64,000 bases of DNA from Actinomycetes bacterium (GTDB lineage Bacteria; Actinomycetota; Aquicultoria; UBA3085; Oleimmundimicrobiaceae), in the NCBI GenBank assembly GCA_030614255.1, contig JAUWKI010000001.1, forward strand, positions 69,113 to 133,112. The letters run 5' to 3'. The position numbers and the translations under genes are program-made. Positions within the stretch are counted from its first letter, which is position 1; each line of letters starts with the position of its first letter. Below the pieces are notes generated by a model. The model saw only the letters and a program-made list of their open reading frames with translations. It had not been told where the DNA came from and searched no databases. Positions 29,395-40,761 of this stretch are shown here, one piece after another.

Positions 29395-29501
29395 TTTTAT
29401 CTCCAAACATTCAAATTACATATTTATATCGTCTTCATATTATAATTTATCAATACATTAACATTCCTTTTAATTTGAGACTCAAAAATTTCAACCGGTT
29501 T

Positions 29502-31658
29502 CTATTTTTTTCTCATCTTTTCTAAATCTTCTTTAGAGAGCAACACGGCTCGCGGTTTACTGCCTTCCGATGAACCAACGATTCCTCTTTCCTCCAAAAT
29601 ATCTATCAATCTTGCGGCTCGAGTATAACCTATTCGCAAACGTCTTTGAAGCATGGACACAGAAGCCATCCCGACTGAAACAATAAGCTCCATGGCATCC
29701 TCAAAAAGCTCATCTTCATAGTCGCCCAATGAAAACTTGGACTTTTGGTTTTCTAACACTTCTTTTTGGTAACTCGGTTGCGTTTGTTTCTTAATAAAGT
29801 TTGTGACTAACTCCACCTCTTGCTCTGTAATAAAAGCACCTTGTAATCGGATAAGTTTATTTGATTGCGGCGTCATAAAGAGCATATCTCCTTTGCCCAC
29901 CAACTTGTCTGCTCCCGCACCATCGATAATAACCCTGGAATCAACTTGTGATGAAACTGCAAAAGCAATCCTTGAAGTTATGTTTGCCTTAATTAACCCG
30001 GTTATAACATCGACTGAAGGACGCTGCGTTGCAATTATCAGGTGAATTCCAACTGCCCTGGCTAGCTGAGCTAAACGACATATCGCGTTCTCAACCTTCC
30101 CCGGAGCAACCATCATTAAGTCAGCTAGCTCATCTATAACAATGACAATATAAGGCATGAAGTCATCTTTATTTTTTAATTGCGCGTTATAACCATCAAT
30201 ATTTCTTGTCCCACTCTCAGCCAAAAGACCGAGTCTGTTTTCCATTTCTTTTACTGCCCACAGCAGAGCGCGAGAAGCTTCCTTGATGTTGACTACGACC
30301 GGAGTTATTAGATGAGGAAGCCCGTCATAAAGATTTAACTCTATTCTTTTTGGGTCAATTAATATCATCTTCACTTGATCGGGTCGCACTCTGGTTAAAA
30401 GAGAGATCAAAATACAGTTCACACAAACACTCTTACCGCTCCCCGTGGCCCCCGCAATCAAAAGATGAGGCATATCTCCTAAGTCGGCAACAATGGAGTC
30501 CCCTGATATATCCTTACCCAGACAGACCTTCAAGGGTCCATTTGATTGAGCTTTTTTGCTAGCCAAAATGTCTCCAAGAGTTACAAGTTCTCTCTGTTTG
30601 TTCGGGACCTCTATGCCTACCGCCGACTTGCCTGGAATAGGGGCTAATATTCTAATATCCGGTGAGGCCAACGCCAAAGCAATGTCGTCAGCTAAGCTGA
30701 GTATCCGATTAACCTTCACCCCAGAGGCAAGAAGTATCTCGTATAATGTCACCGTTGGACCCCTCACAACCCTATCAACAACGGCGTCTACGCCAAAATT
30801 ATCCAATGTCCTCTCAAGTGCCCTGACACTTCCCTTAATATCCTTTTTTAGTTGTGGACCTTTGGCTACGGTCCTCTTTAAAAGAGAAAGGGGTGGAAGT
30901 TGGTATTTGCCCACCTCGACCCTGGGTATCTCAATTTTCAGTTCGGTTGTTTTTTGTGAGGCGAAACTTCCCCCTTCTATCTGAGAAGTTTTTGTTTTGT
31001 TCAGTGCTTCTCTGTTATTTAAACTAAGTTGTTCATAAAAAGTCGACTCTTTCTTTTCAGAAAAGTCTGAGGCAGTCTGCCGTTCATTAAGAAATCGCTC
31101 TCTTTTAACTTCAGATTTTGATTTGAAAAGCATCTTGATTCCTTTAAATAAGAAAGAAAATTGTTGTGATATGGGGACACCCGTGAGAATTACAATTCCG
31201 ATAATAAGTAAGGCCAAAATAACTACATAAGCACCGATGTTTCCCAAGAGAAATCTTAGAACGTAAGCAAAGATCCCGCCTACGTATCCACCATATGAAG
31301 CAATATATTCGGAGCTAAACTCCTTGGACGAAGGCGTGTTTAAGTGAACCAGGGAAATTATACTAATAAAAGAAATAGCCAGTCCCAAACCCGTTGACTC
31401 CGCATTTATCTTAATGGTTCTCCTTGTAAAAAAGGAAAGTCCCCACACTACAAGAAAGATAGGAACAAGATATCTGCCTATGCCAACGGAGTGTGTAAGC
31501 CCTTCCACAACATACTTACCTATCAAGCCCCTGTCTCCGGCAAAGAGACTTATGATCAAGACCGCGGAAAGTGCAAATAAAGCCACGCCATAAACATCGC
31601 TTAGATTTTCCTTGTGTCTTTTGTTTTCCGTAAAAGTCTTTCTTTTTTGGGTAGCCAT
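29502..31658 (-). CDS. ftsK: DNA translocase FtsK/SpoIIIE
   Basis: Four N-terminal TM helices, Walker A GATGSGKS, the motor domain, and a C-terminal gamma wHTH (MLQRRLRIGYTRAARLID). Confidence 0.95.
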   Translation of the reverse strand: MATQKRKTFTENKRHKENLSDVYGVALFALSAVLIISLFAGDRGLIGKYVVEGLTHSVGIGRYLVPIFLVVWGLSFFTRRTIKINAESTGLGLAISFISIISLVHLNTPSSKEFSSEYIASYGGYVGGIFAYVLRFLLGNIGAYVVILALLIIGIVILTGVPISQQFSFLFKGIKMLFKSKSEVKRERFLNERQTASDFSEKKESTFYEQLSLNNREALNKTKTSQIEGGSFASQKTTELKIEIPRVEVGKYQLPPLSLLKRTVAKGPQLKKDIKGSVRALERTLDNFGVDAVVDRVVRGPTVTLYEILLASGVKVNRILSLADDIALALASPDIRILAPIPGKSAVGIEVPNKQRELVTLGDILASKKAQSNGPLKVCLGKDISGDSIVADLGDMPHLLIAGATGSGKSVCVNCILISLLTRVRPDQVKMILIDPKRIELNLYDGLPHLITPVVVNIKEASRALLWAVKEMENRLGLLAESGTRNIDGYNAQLKNKDDFMPYIVIVIDELADLMMVAPGKVENAICRLAQLARAVGIHLIIATQRPSVDVITGLIKANITSRIAFAVSSQVDSRVIIDGAGADKLVGKGDMLFMTPQSNKLIRLQGAFITEQEVELVTNFIKKQTQPSYQKEVLENQKSKFSLGDYEDELFEDAMELIVSVGMASVSMLQRRLRIGYTRAARLIDILEERGIVGSSEGSKPRAVLLSKEDLEKMRKK

Positions 31659-31675
31659 AGTTCTCTCTCATTAGA

Positions 31676-32482
31676 CTAAAATCCATTAATTAAAAGAAAA
31701 CCCAGTCCCACAATCCAACAATAATAAGCAAAGATCGTGAGCTTTCCCTTCTTTAAATAATTCAACAGATATTTAATACATAAATATCCGCTTATAACTG
31801 CGGCGAGAAATCCCCCTATCAAACAGATATATTCCTGATTTTTGCACAAATTGATAAAATCGCCAACTTGTACAACGACTGCGCCCAGTATTATTGGAAT
31901 TGCCAGCAAAAAAGAGAACCGCGCCGCAGAATCTCGATTTACTCCCCTAAAAAGACCGGCTGCAATGGTTGCTCCTGAACGAGAAATCCCAGGAGCTATG
32001 GCACATCCCTGGGCCAATCCAATAATTAGAGTATCAAAAAGTTTCATATCCTCCAAAACTCTGGTTTTCCTTGAAAACCTTTCACTAAGCCAAAGAATAA
32101 TTCCAGTTATAATCAAAAGCACAGCAACATATTTTGGCTTCGAAAAAAGATTTTCGAAAAAATCCTCAAACAATAATGACATAACAACAGCCGGAATCGT
32201 GCCAATTATTATCAACCAAGCGAGATGATACTCCACTTTTTTTCGGGCCGCTTTCTCCTTAAAACCATTCAAAAAAGCTCTACTTAATTTAAAGATTTCG
32301 ACTCTAAAAAAACAAAACACGGCTACCAAGGTGCCTAAGTGGAGCATTACATCAAAACTTAAATCAGGTTGTGGCCACCCCATTAAATCTGGCACCAGAA
32401 CCAAGTGAGCCGAACTACTGATTGGAGCAAATTCCGTTATTCCTTGCACGATTCCTAAAACTATTGCTTGAGCAAAACTCAA
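31676..32482 (-). CDS. uppP: Undecaprenyl-diphosphate phosphatase
   Basis: BacA family motifs GITEFAPISSSAHL and PGISRSGATI. Confidence 0.93.
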   Translation of the reverse strand: MSFAQAIVLGIVQGITEFAPISSSAHLVLVPDLMGWPQPDLSFDVMLHLGTLVAVFCFFRVEIFKLSRAFLNGFKEKAARKKVEYHLAWLIIIGTIPAVVMSLLFEDFFENLFSKPKYVAVLLIITGIILWLSERFSRKTRVLEDMKLFDTLIIGLAQGCAIAPGISRSGATIAAGLFRGVNRDSAARFSFLLAIPIILGAVVVQVGDFINLCKNQEYICLIGGFLAAVISGYLCIKYLLNYLKKGKLTIFAYYCWIVGLGFLLINGF

Positions 32483-32494
32483 AACCCTACACCC

Positions 32495-34162
32495 CTATGC
32501 TTCAATAATAATCGGCATGACCATTGGGCGACGCCTGGTTTTTTTATATAGAAATTTGCTCAGGTCTTCTCTTATTCTCAATCTTAACACCGTAATATCC
32601 GTAACACCTTCCTGAGCTGTTTTTGCCAAAGTCTCTTCAACTCTTTCTATCGCCTCATCTATAAGTTCTTTTGTCTCTTTAACATATACGAAACCGCGAG
32701 ATACAACATCGGGCCCAGTTATTATTTCGGCCTTCTGTTTATCTATCGCAACGACTACGATAAAAACCCCATCTTTTGAAAGTTGCTTCCTGTCTCGTAA
32801 AACGATGTCGCCTATATCTCCGACTCCCAAGCCATCAACAAAAACATCACCCGCGGGAATTTCCCCTGTTTTTTTAGCCCCGTATGCATTAAACTCTATT
32901 ACATCCCCATCTTCACAAATGAAAATATTTTCTGGATGTATGCCAACTTGCTTTGCTAACTCTGCATGGTGTTTAAGGTGTCTATACTCCCCGTGAATCG
33001 GAATAAAATATTTGGGTTTAACCAAATTAATCATAAGCTTAAGCTCCTCCTGGGCAGGATGACCAGAAGCATGAACGCCTGAAATTAACTCATAATGAGC
33101 CACCGCTCCACACCTATAAATTTGATTTATGATCCTCGACACCGACCTCTCGTTCCCCGGTATAGGTGAGGCAGATATTATTACAGTATCTCCGGGGTGG
33201 AGTTTCACTTGTTTATGGTCGTTTGAAGATATTCTAGCCAAAGCGGATAGCGGCTCTCCTTGACTCCCCGTGCAAAGCACAACGATTTTGTCGGGGGGAT
33301 ATTTTTCAATTTTCGCAACATCTACAAGCACTTCTTCTGGGATTTTTAAATAGCCAAGTTCTGACGCTATTCGAACGTTATTGACCATGCTTCGGCCCGA
33401 TATTGCCAGTTTTCGATCTGTTTTTATGGTCGCGTCAACTATCTGTTTAATCCGATGAAGATGCGAAGCAAAAGTAGCAACAATTATTCTCTGTCTTGCA
33501 TCCTCAAAAAGCTTGAGCAAATTGGCTCCAACGGTTTTCTCGGGAAGAGTATAGCCAGGTATTTCAGCATTGGTACTGTCCGATAATAGGAGCAGTACTT
33601 CTTTCTGGCCTAAGCCCGTAAGTTTTTGAAGCTCCGTGGGTCTCCCGTCTACAGGAGTTTGGTCAAACTTAAAATCTCCGGTATGAACCATTAAGCCAAA
33701 CAATGTCTCAATGATAATTCCAAGCCCATCCGGTATGCTGTGACAAACTTCAAAAAAACTCAATTTAAATTGACCCACCGTCAATTTTGTCCTCGAGGAT
33801 ATTTCCCTTAAATCGGCTTTTAGCTTATGCTCCCCCATCTTCTTTTCGATTAAGCCCAGTGTCAGTTTACTTCCATAAACTGGAGCCGAAACCTCTTTCA
33901 AAAGATAGGGTAAAGCGCCGGTATGATCTTCATGTCCATGTGTTATTATTATCGCTTTAAGACGTTCTTTGTTCTTAACAACATAAGAAAAATCCGGAAG
34001 GACTAAATCGATGCCCAACATTTCCTCTTCGGGAAACATTATGCCCGCATCTACCAACAACATATCCTTTCCATTCTCAATAACCATCATGTTTTTGCCA
34101 ATTTCACCAAGCCCTCCCAGGATAGTGAGCTTAACATTCGCTGGTTTTTTTGTTTTAAACAT
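32495..34162 (-). CDS. rnj: Ribonuclease J
   Basis: Metallo-beta-lactamase motif THGHEDHTG, a beta-CASP domain and a C-terminal domain; 555 aa. Confidence 0.95.
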   Translation of the reverse strand: MFKTKKPANVKLTILGGLGEIGKNMMVIENGKDMLLVDAGIMFPEEEMLGIDLVLPDFSYVVKNKERLKAIIITHGHEDHTGALPYLLKEVSAPVYGSKLTLGLIEKKMGEHKLKADLREISSRTKLTVGQFKLSFFEVCHSIPDGLGIIIETLFGLMVHTGDFKFDQTPVDGRPTELQKLTGLGQKEVLLLLSDSTNAEIPGYTLPEKTVGANLLKLFEDARQRIIVATFASHLHRIKQIVDATIKTDRKLAISGRSMVNNVRIASELGYLKIPEEVLVDVAKIEKYPPDKIVVLCTGSQGEPLSALARISSNDHKQVKLHPGDTVIISASPIPGNERSVSRIINQIYRCGAVAHYELISGVHASGHPAQEELKLMINLVKPKYFIPIHGEYRHLKHHAELAKQVGIHPENIFICEDGDVIEFNAYGAKKTGEIPAGDVFVDGLGVGDIGDIVLRDRKQLSKDGVFIVVVAIDKQKAEIITGPDVVSRGFVYVKETKELIDEAIERVEETLAKTAQEGVTDITVLRLRIREDLSKFLYKKTRRRPMVMPIIIEA

Positions 34163-34178
34163 ACAACCTTTCCTTAAT

Positions 34179-35054
34179 CTAGAACAATTCGAGCTTGTCC
34201 ATCAGTTTTTTAAGCTTCGATATCTGCTCATCGCTTGCGTCTATCATGGGAGGCCTAAGACCCCCAACGTCAATTCCTTTTAATTTGACCCCAGCCTTAA
34301 CCATTATCGGGTTAGTCGTCAAAAATAAGATCTTAAAAAAAGGCAACAATCTCAGATGAATTTTCAAAGATTCTCTACAATCACCTTTTTTATAAAAGGA
34401 AACCATTTTTTTAATTTCTTTTCCGACAAGGTGTGAGGCAACACTTATGACACCATGCCCGCCCAAAGCAAGTATTGGATATGTCGCCAAGTCATCCCCG
34501 CTATAGAGTGTAAAGTCTTCGGGGGTTTCACTTTTAATCTTTGCAACTTGCTCAAAATCCCCACTGGCCTCCTTGACCCCAACAATATTTGGAACCTCCG
34601 AAAGAGCAATTACAGTATCGGCTTCTAGGTTTTTGGCCGTGCGCCCCGGAACATTGTAAAGAATTACAGGGAGTGATGTATTTTCAGCAACCATTTTAAA
34701 GTGATTATACAATCCTTTCTGAGGAGGCTTATTATAATACGGAGTCACAAGCATGCAACCGTCGACTCCAACCTTTTCAGCTTTCTTTGTAAGCCCTATA
34801 CTCTCCCTTGTACAATTATATCCCGTTCCTGCTAGAACAGAACCCTTCCCCTCTATCGCTTCTTTTACAGCTCGATATAGATCTACTTTCTCGTCATCCG
34901 AGAGCGTTGGAGACTCGCCGGTTGTTCCTGAGACAACAATACCATCCGAGCCATTATTAACCAGGTAACTAGCCAACTCCTGAGCACGAGCATAATCGAC
35001 TCTCAAATTCTCCTTGAAAGGAGTAACCATAGCGGTCAAAACTTCTCCGAACAC
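34179..35054 (-). CDS. dapA: 4-hydroxy-tetrahydrodipicolinate synthase
   Basis: GTTGESPTLS, the YNVPGRT motif, and the catalytic Lys in VGVKEASG. Confidence 0.95.
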   Translation of the reverse strand: MFGEVLTAMVTPFKENLRVDYARAQELASYLVNNGSDGIVVSGTTGESPTLSDDEKVDLYRAVKEAIEGKGSVLAGTGYNCTRESIGLTKKAEKVGVDGCMLVTPYYNKPPQKGLYNHFKMVAENTSLPVILYNVPGRTAKNLEADTVIALSEVPNIVGVKEASGDFEQVAKIKSETPEDFTLYSGDDLATYPILALGGHGVISVASHLVGKEIKKMVSFYKKGDCRESLKIHLRLLPFFKILFLTTNPIMVKAGVKLKGIDVGGLRPPMIDASDEQISKLKKLMDKLELF

Positions 35055-35071
35055 CCTAACCCCTCCTTCAT

Positions 35072-35866
35072 CTACAAATCTACTATTTTACCCAGGCCAT
35101 AAGTCAAACCTTTTCGTTTTTGAACTTGTTCTACCGCCATAAGCACTCCAGGCATAAAAGACACTCTATCTATCGAATCATGACGTATCGTTAAAGTTTG
35201 TCCTTTTGAGCCAAGAATAACTTGTTGATGAGCAACCAGCCCGGGCAAGCGAACACTGTGGATACGAATATTCCCATATGCTTCACCACGAGCACCCTTC
35301 GATATCTCCTTACCAGACGGAATAGAAACATCTTTCTTTTGTGAAGCCGACATCATTTCGACCGTTTTCAGAGCTGTTCCGGATGGTGCATCAATTTTTT
35401 TATCGTGGTGAAATTCAATTATCTCAGCATTGTAGAAATATTTAGCAGCTATCTCACTAAATTTCATCATAAGCACGGCCCCGATTGCAAAATTTGGCGC
35501 AACGAAAATATTAACATCTTTGCCCGCTATTAAAGATTCAATCTCCTTTAAATTATCGGTTGTAATTCCTGTGGTTCCCACTACAGAATTTACTCCACAA
35601 CTTATGGCCGTTCGAATGTTATTCATAACCACATCTGGATGGGTAAAATCAATCATCACGTGAGGTGAAAGTTCATTCAGAGTAACTTCTAAATTATTTT
35701 GTACAAAAATATTTAGTTTATTGAGCCCAATCAATTCTCCGACATCTTGTCCCACGCAGCTTATATCAACAGCGCCAACAAGAGATAATTCGGGGTCATC
35801 ATATACTGCTTTGCAGACCTCACGCCCCATCCTGCCAGCAGCACCTGAAACAACTACACTTATCAT
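35072..35866 (-). CDS. dapB: 4-hydroxy-tetrahydrodipicolinate reductase
   Basis: GAAGRMG NAD(P) motif and EFHHDKKIDAPSGTA catalytic motif. Confidence 0.93.
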   Translation of the reverse strand: MISVVVSGAAGRMGREVCKAVYDDPELSLVGAVDISCVGQDVGELIGLNKLNIFVQNNLEVTLNELSPHVMIDFTHPDVVMNNIRTAISCGVNSVVGTTGITTDNLKEIESLIAGKDVNIFVAPNFAIGAVLMMKFSEIAAKYFYNAEIIEFHHDKKIDAPSGTALKTVEMMSASQKKDVSIPSGKEISKGARGEAYGNIRIHSVRLPGLVAHQQVILGSKGQTLTIRHDSIDRVSFMPGVLMAVEQVQKRKGLTYGLGKIVDL

Positions 35867-35885
35867 AAAATACGTCTCCTGTTCA

Positions 35886-37136
35886 TCAAATTATAAATTT
35901 GTCTTCATCAAAAGGCCCGATTATAGCAAGAACAGTCTTTTCTGGTAAAAATATATTTTGAGCAACCCTCTGTATGTCTTCTAATTTAACTTTTTCGACA
36001 TAATTAATCAATTCGCTTACTGATAATATTTCTCCATGCGTTATCTCGGATTTACCGAGTCTCATCATCCTGTTTCCGGTATTTTCCAAACCCAAAACAA
36101 GCTGACTTTTAATCTGTTTTTTTGCCCTACTCAACTCTTCACTTTTTACCCCTTTAGTCACAACCTCATCTATTTCCGACCTAATTAAATCCATAACCTT
36201 TCCAACATTTGATGGCCTTGTCCCCGCATAAATGGTGAACAAGCCGGTATCTTTGTAGAATGAGTGATAGGAATAGACTGCGTAAGCGAGACCACGTTTT
36301 TCTCTTATTTCCTGAAAAAACCGTGAGCTCATCCCTCCGCCTAAAATATTATCTAAAATACTTAAAGAAAATCTATCTTTATGCCTTGCGGGTAACCCCT
36401 CGCAGCCATAACAAATATGCGCTTGCTCAGTCTCTTTATATATAACTTTTGTACCCGGCCTTACTGTCGTTTTAATCTTCTTTTTTAAGACGCTATCTCC
36501 ATCAATCTTTTTTAGATGCTTTTTAGTTAAATCTAAAAGTTGTTCGTGTTGAAGATTACCAGCTGCAGTGATGAGTATATTTTTGGGAGTATAATGCTTT
36601 TTGAAATAAGCAAGCACGTCTTCACACTTAAATTGTCCAACAGTATCTAAGTGGCCCAGGATATTCTTACCTAAAGGATGTTCTCCCCACAAAGTTTCAG
36701 CGAATAAATCATGCACCCTCTCGTCGGGAGAATCCTCGTGGAGACTTATCTCTTCTAAAATGACTTCTCTCTCTGATTTGATATCGTCACTTTTAAAAGT
36801 AGGCCTTGAAAGCATGTCCGATAAAACTTCCATTGCAGTTTCCAGGTTTTCATCAAGAATACGGGCGTAATAACAGGTACACTCCTTGCCTGTAAAAGCA
36901 TTTAACTCCGCTCCAAGACCATCAAATATCTCAGAAATTTGCCTAGCGGAGTACGTTTCTGTTCCTTTAAACAAGAGATGCTCAATGAAATGAGACATTC
37001 CACCCATGGGTCTTGATTCATATCTAGAGCCAGTCTTCACCCAAAATCCAAGAGAAACCGACCTAACGTAAGGCATTGATTCGGTTATTACTTCGATTCC
37101 ATTTTCAAGAGTACTTTTCTTAACCGCCCTTTTCAT
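35886..37136 (-). CDS. M16 family zinc peptidase (PepR-like)
   Basis: HxxEH zinc motif in GMSHFIEHLLFKGT. ATG at 37136 has GAAGAGGA upstream. It occupies the same position, downstream of pnp, as mycobacterial pepR. Confidence 0.85.
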   Translation of the reverse strand: MKRAVKKSTLENGIEVITESMPYVRSVSLGFWVKTGSRYESRPMGGMSHFIEHLLFKGTETYSARQISEIFDGLGAELNAFTGKECTCYYARILDENLETAMEVLSDMLSRPTFKSDDIKSEREVILEEISLHEDSPDERVHDLFAETLWGEHPLGKNILGHLDTVGQFKCEDVLAYFKKHYTPKNILITAAGNLQHEQLLDLTKKHLKKIDGDSVLKKKIKTTVRPGTKVIYKETEQAHICYGCEGLPARHKDRFSLSILDNILGGGMSSRFFQEIREKRGLAYAVYSYHSFYKDTGLFTIYAGTRPSNVGKVMDLIRSEIDEVVTKGVKSEELSRAKKQIKSQLVLGLENTGNRMMRLGKSEITHGEILSVSELINYVEKVKLEDIQRVAQNIFLPEKTVLAIIGPFDEDKFII

Positions 37137-37282
37137 CGTCGATTCCTCTTCGTTTATAATTCTTCTTATTCCATTTATCTTCACTATGGAGACCGAAGTT
37201 TTTAAGGGTTGCAAAATAAAGTTTTCCTTAGCTCCCTCCAGAATTTGTGATATAAATCTGAAGCTAAACTCGTGGTTGAGGC

Positions 37283-39367
37283 TTATTTTTTCTCTTCCAC
37301 GTCGATTGCAGAAAGATTTATCCTGCCCAGTTTATCAATCTCAACAACTTTGACCAGGATCTTATCCCCAACCTTGACTACATCCTCTACTGAAGGAACT
37401 CTTTGTTTGGCAAGCTTTGAAATATGTACAAGTCCTTCTTTCCCGGGAAGAACTTCGACAAAAGCACCGAAGTTCATTATCTTCTTGACTGTTCCCATGT
37501 AAACATCGCCAGCTACTACATCTTTTACCAAAAGTTCTATTATTTGCTGAGCTTTTTCTCCACTTTCCCCATCAACTGAGGATATGTATATTGTCCCATC
37601 GTCTTCAATATCAATGGCAGCACCGGTTTCATCGATGATTCCTCTAATTATTTTCCCACCGGCACCGATTACATTCCTAATCTTCTCAGGGTTAATTTTT
37701 ATAGTAATAATTCGTGGAGCAAACTCAGACAGTTTTTCTCGCGGTTCTGCAATTACCGATAGCATCTTATCGAGAATAAACAATCTTCCCTGTTTAGCTT
37801 GTTCTAATGCTTTTCTTAAAGTTTCGGTGTCTACACCTGCCACTTTCATATCCATCTGTAAGGCAGTGATGCCATTAGAGGTACCTGCAACTTTAAAATC
37901 CATGTCTCCCAAAGCATCCTCTACCCCTTGAATATCAGTAAGAATAGCGACTTTATCTTCCTCTTTAACTAGTCCCATAGCTATGCCTGCTACCGGAGCG
38001 CTTATGGGAACGCCAGCATCCATAAGAGCAAGGGTGCTCCCGCAAATACTTGCCATTGAAGAAGAACCATTTGATTCAAGCACTTCTGAGACCAGTCTAA
38101 TTGTGTATGGAAATTCCAACTCGTCGGGTATGACCGTCAAAATTGCTTTTTCAGCTAGGGCGCCATGTCCTATCTCTCTTCTTTTGGGACCTATAAGCCG
38201 CCAAATTTCCCCTGTTGAAAATGGGGGGAAATTATAGTGGTGCAAAAAACGCTTGGAATCTTCTATTCCCAACCCATCTAAACGCTGAACTTCACTAACC
38301 GTTCCTAATGTAAGAACGGTTAGTGCTTGTGTTTGGCCACGAGTAAACAGACCTGTGCCGTGCGTCCTGGGAAGAACTCCAACCTCACATGAGATTGGCC
38401 TTATTTCATCAGGCCTTCTCCCATCAGGACGAATCTCTTCTTCTAAGATCATCTTACGAACTTCTTCTTTTTCAATTTTCTTAAGAACACTCTTGATATC
38501 GTTTTCACCCTCGGGGAACAAGGCCTGACCTTTTTCCATTGTAGCTTCCTTAATGGCAGAAATGGCTTCTTCTCGCGCAAGCTTGTCGGGATTATGAAGC
38601 CCCTCTCTAATCTTCTTGGTAGCATCCTCGCGCACTTTAACTTCAATTTCGCTATCAATTTCTGATAAAGAGATTTCCCTCTTGTCCTTACCTAATTCTT
38701 TCTGAATCCCCTCAATAAAATCTATAAATTGTTTTATGGCTCTATGGCCTTCTTCTAGGGTCTGCAACATAATTTTTTCATCTACTTCTTTTGCCCCGGA
38801 TTCAACCATAACGATTGATTCCTTGCTTCCAGCCAGAACCAAATCCACTTCAGACTCTTTGAGCTCCTGAAGTGTAGGGTTAATCCTCCAAGATCCATCA
38901 ACCCGCCCAACCCTAACAGCTGCAATATTTTTCTTGAAGGGTATGTCAGAAATCGCCAATGCAATCAAAGCTCCGTTTAAAGCCAGAACATCGGGCGGAT
39001 TAACTTGATCCACAGAGAGAACGGTTGCAATTATTTGAATTTCATTTCTAAACCCATCCGGGAAAAGCGGCCTTATAGGCCTATCGATTAACCTGGCGTT
39101 AAGAATAGAACGCTCGCTTGGCCTGCCCTCTCTTTTAATAAAACCACCAGGAATTTTACCGGCGGCGTACATCCTTTCCACCACTTCAACGGTGAGCGGA
39201 AGGAAATTTAACCCTTTGACGGGCTCTTTTGAAGCAACAACAGTAACTAAAACAATAGTGTCACCAGATTGGACAACGACAGATCCATCTGCCTGACGCG
39301 CAACTTTACCGAACTGAAAATTGATGGGTTTCCCACCTAATAATAGTTCTTTTTCTACAACATTCAT
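37283..39367 (-). CDS. pnp: Polyribonucleotide nucleotidyltransferase (PNPase)
   Basis: Two RNase PH domains, a KH domain ([13 protein letters not shown]) and a C-terminal S1 domain ([20 protein letters not shown]). Confidence 0.97.
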   Translation of the reverse strand: MNVVEKELLLGGKPINFQFGKVARQADGSVVVQSGDTIVLVTVVASKEPVKGLNFLPLTVEVVERMYAAGKIPGGFIKREGRPSERSILNARLIDRPIRPLFPDGFRNEIQIIATVLSVDQVNPPDVLALNGALIALAISDIPFKKNIAAVRVGRVDGSWRINPTLQELKESEVDLVLAGSKESIVMVESGAKEVDEKIMLQTLEEGHRAIKQFIDFIEGIQKELGKDKREISLSEIDSEIEVKVREDATKKIREGLHNPDKLAREEAISAIKEATMEKGQALFPEGENDIKSVLKKIEKEEVRKMILEEEIRPDGRRPDEIRPISCEVGVLPRTHGTGLFTRGQTQALTVLTLGTVSEVQRLDGLGIEDSKRFLHHYNFPPFSTGEIWRLIGPKRREIGHGALAEKAILTVIPDELEFPYTIRLVSEVLESNGSSSMASICGSTLALMDAGVPISAPVAGIAMGLVKEEDKVAILTDIQGVEDALGDMDFKVAGTSNGITALQMDMKVAGVDTETLRKALEQAKQGRLFILDKMLSVIAEPREKLSEFAPRIITIKINPEKIRNVIGAGGKIIRGIIDETGAAIDIEDDGTIYISSVDGESGEKAQQIIELLVKDVVAGDVYMGTVKKIMNFGAFVEVLPGKEGLVHISKLAKQRVPSVEDVVKVGDKILVKVVEIDKLGRINLSAIDVEEKK

Positions 39368-39400
39368 TTAATACTTAGACCTCCTAATTTTATCTTGTGC

Positions 39401-39427
39401 AAAAAAAAGAAGAGGGAACATCCTCTT
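39401..39427 (-). terminator. rpsO terminator / pnp leader hairpin
   Basis: The minus strand reads AAGAGGauguucCCUCUU followed by C and eight U. It begins at the rpsO stop codon and lies 33 nt before the pnp ATG. Confidence 0.6.
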
Positions 39428-39695
39428 AACTTCGCAAACCAAGTTTCTTTATTATTTTTCGATACCTTTTAATTTCACTTTCTTTTAAATAGCTTAGTAG
39501 CTTTCTCCTTTTGCCAACCATCTTTAATAATCCATGTCGAGAATGATGATCTTTTTTGTGTTCTTTTAAGTGTTCCGTTAAACCATTTATCCGATTTGTA
39601 AGGATTGCTACTTGAACTTCGGGTGAACCGGTGTCCCCTTCATGTAAACCGTGCTCTTTGACAATTTTTTCCTTCTGTTCTTTGGATACTACCAC
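39426..39695 (-). CDS. rpsO: 30S ribosomal protein S15
   Basis: [51 protein letters not shown] at 39695 lies 8 nt after GGAGG and gives the canonical 89 aa. Confidence 0.95.
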   Translation of the reverse strand: MVVSKEQKEKIVKEHGLHEGDTGSPEVQVAILTNRINGLTEHLKEHKKDHHSRHGLLKMVGKRRKLLSYLKESEIKRYRKIIKKLGLRS

Positions 39696-39783
39696 ATTCT
39701 TCACCTCCCTTATTATTACTCCCCAAACCAAGAGCAACGTCGGTGACTCGTTATCCTAGTCAAGGGTACAAAACCTATTACCT

Positions 39784-40752
39784 TTATGCCTGCCCAATAT
39801 TATCACACTTGTTAAAATCGGTAAACTTACCGTATCCAAGCTTCTTGGCTTGTCTAACATCCTTCTCTATTTGGACAGCAAGAGATTCTTTATTTTTGAA
39901 TTTTTCTTGTTCACGAAGATTTTTAACTATTTCAATCTCAATTTTATTGCCGTAAATATTCCCATCAAAATCAATTATATGAATTTCTACTCGTGACTTT
40001 TTTACATTGAAAGTTGGGCAACCCCCTATGTTTATGACACAGATTTTTCTATCACCGTTTAATCTCACAAAACCAGCATAAACGCCGTTACGGGGCACAG
40101 AGTCTCTGTCTTTCGTCTCAATATTCGCTGTACAAAATCCAACATCCCTGCCCCTTCCGCAACCTCGGACTATCGTTCCTGTCAATCTTGGATAATAACC
40201 TAGAATCTTTCTGGCTTCCATGATTTTGCCACATTTTAAAAGATGCCTTATCCTAGTACTGCTTATTGCTTCCCTGTCCGCAGTTAAAAGAGAGATGCTC
40301 TTAACCTCATAGCCCTTTTGAATACCTTGTTCGATTAGAAAATTAATATCTCCGGCTAAATCTTTCCCAAACCTAAAACCTTGGCCTACCACTACCTCGA
40401 CAGCATTTAACTTCTTTAAAAGAATTTTATCGATAAAATCTCCCGGGGGCATATTTGCAAACTCCCCGGTAAACTTAATAATTAAAAATAAATCTACGCC
40501 CATCCTCTCGATTAACTTAGTTTTGGAATCTAAACTTGTAAGAATAGGAGGATGGCAACCGGGAGCAAGCACTTCAAGAGGATGCGGCTCAAACGTAATT
40601 ACAACGCTTTGCGCCTTCAGGTTTTGAGCATCTCTTACAACGGTTTCTATAATCGCTTGATGCCCTTTATGCACACCATCGAAGACACCTATGGTAACAA
40701 TACTCTTTCTTTCTTGAAGTTTTAATTTCTCAAGCCCGGAAATAACTTTCAA
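39784..40752 (-). CDS. ribF: Bifunctional riboflavin kinase / FMN adenylyltransferase
   Basis: GVFDGVHKGHQ in the FAD synthetase domain. GFCTANI and PTFN in the riboflavin kinase domain. Confidence 0.93.
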   Translation of the reverse strand: MKVISGLEKLKLQERKSIVTIGVFDGVHKGHQAIIETVVRDAQNLKAQSVVITFEPHPLEVLAPGCHPPILTSLDSKTKLIERMGVDLFLIIKFTGEFANMPPGDFIDKILLKKLNAVEVVVGQGFRFGKDLAGDINFLIEQGIQKGYEVKSISLLTADREAISSTRIRHLLKCGKIMEARKILGYYPRLTGTIVRGCGRGRDVGFCTANIETKDRDSVPRNGVYAGFVRLNGDRKICVINIGGCPTFNVKKSRVEIHIIDFDGNIYGNKIEIEIVKNLREQEKFKNKESLAVQIEKDVRQAKKLGYGKFTDFNKCDNIGQA

Positions 40753-40761
40753 ATTATAACC

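Noticed and set aside
29474-29486. Palindrome tttgag-a-ctcaaa upstream of the RodZ-like HTH gene, considered as an autoregulatory operator or ftsK terminator
   Set aside because: A 6-bp arm with a 1-nt centre cannot form a stable RNA hairpin. A single short palindrome in AT-rich DNA is expected by chance, and RodZ-type HTH domains are not known site-specific repressors.
38449-38964. Same-strand out-of-frame ORFs inside pnp (38449..38658, 38782..38964), proS (48814..49023), the GGR-like gene (14666..14866) and nusA/ylxR (45673..45873)
   Set aside because: They are embedded in the frames of well-supported conserved genes. They are highly basic or low-complexity, with no translation signals. 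I see no evidence for overlapping coding.
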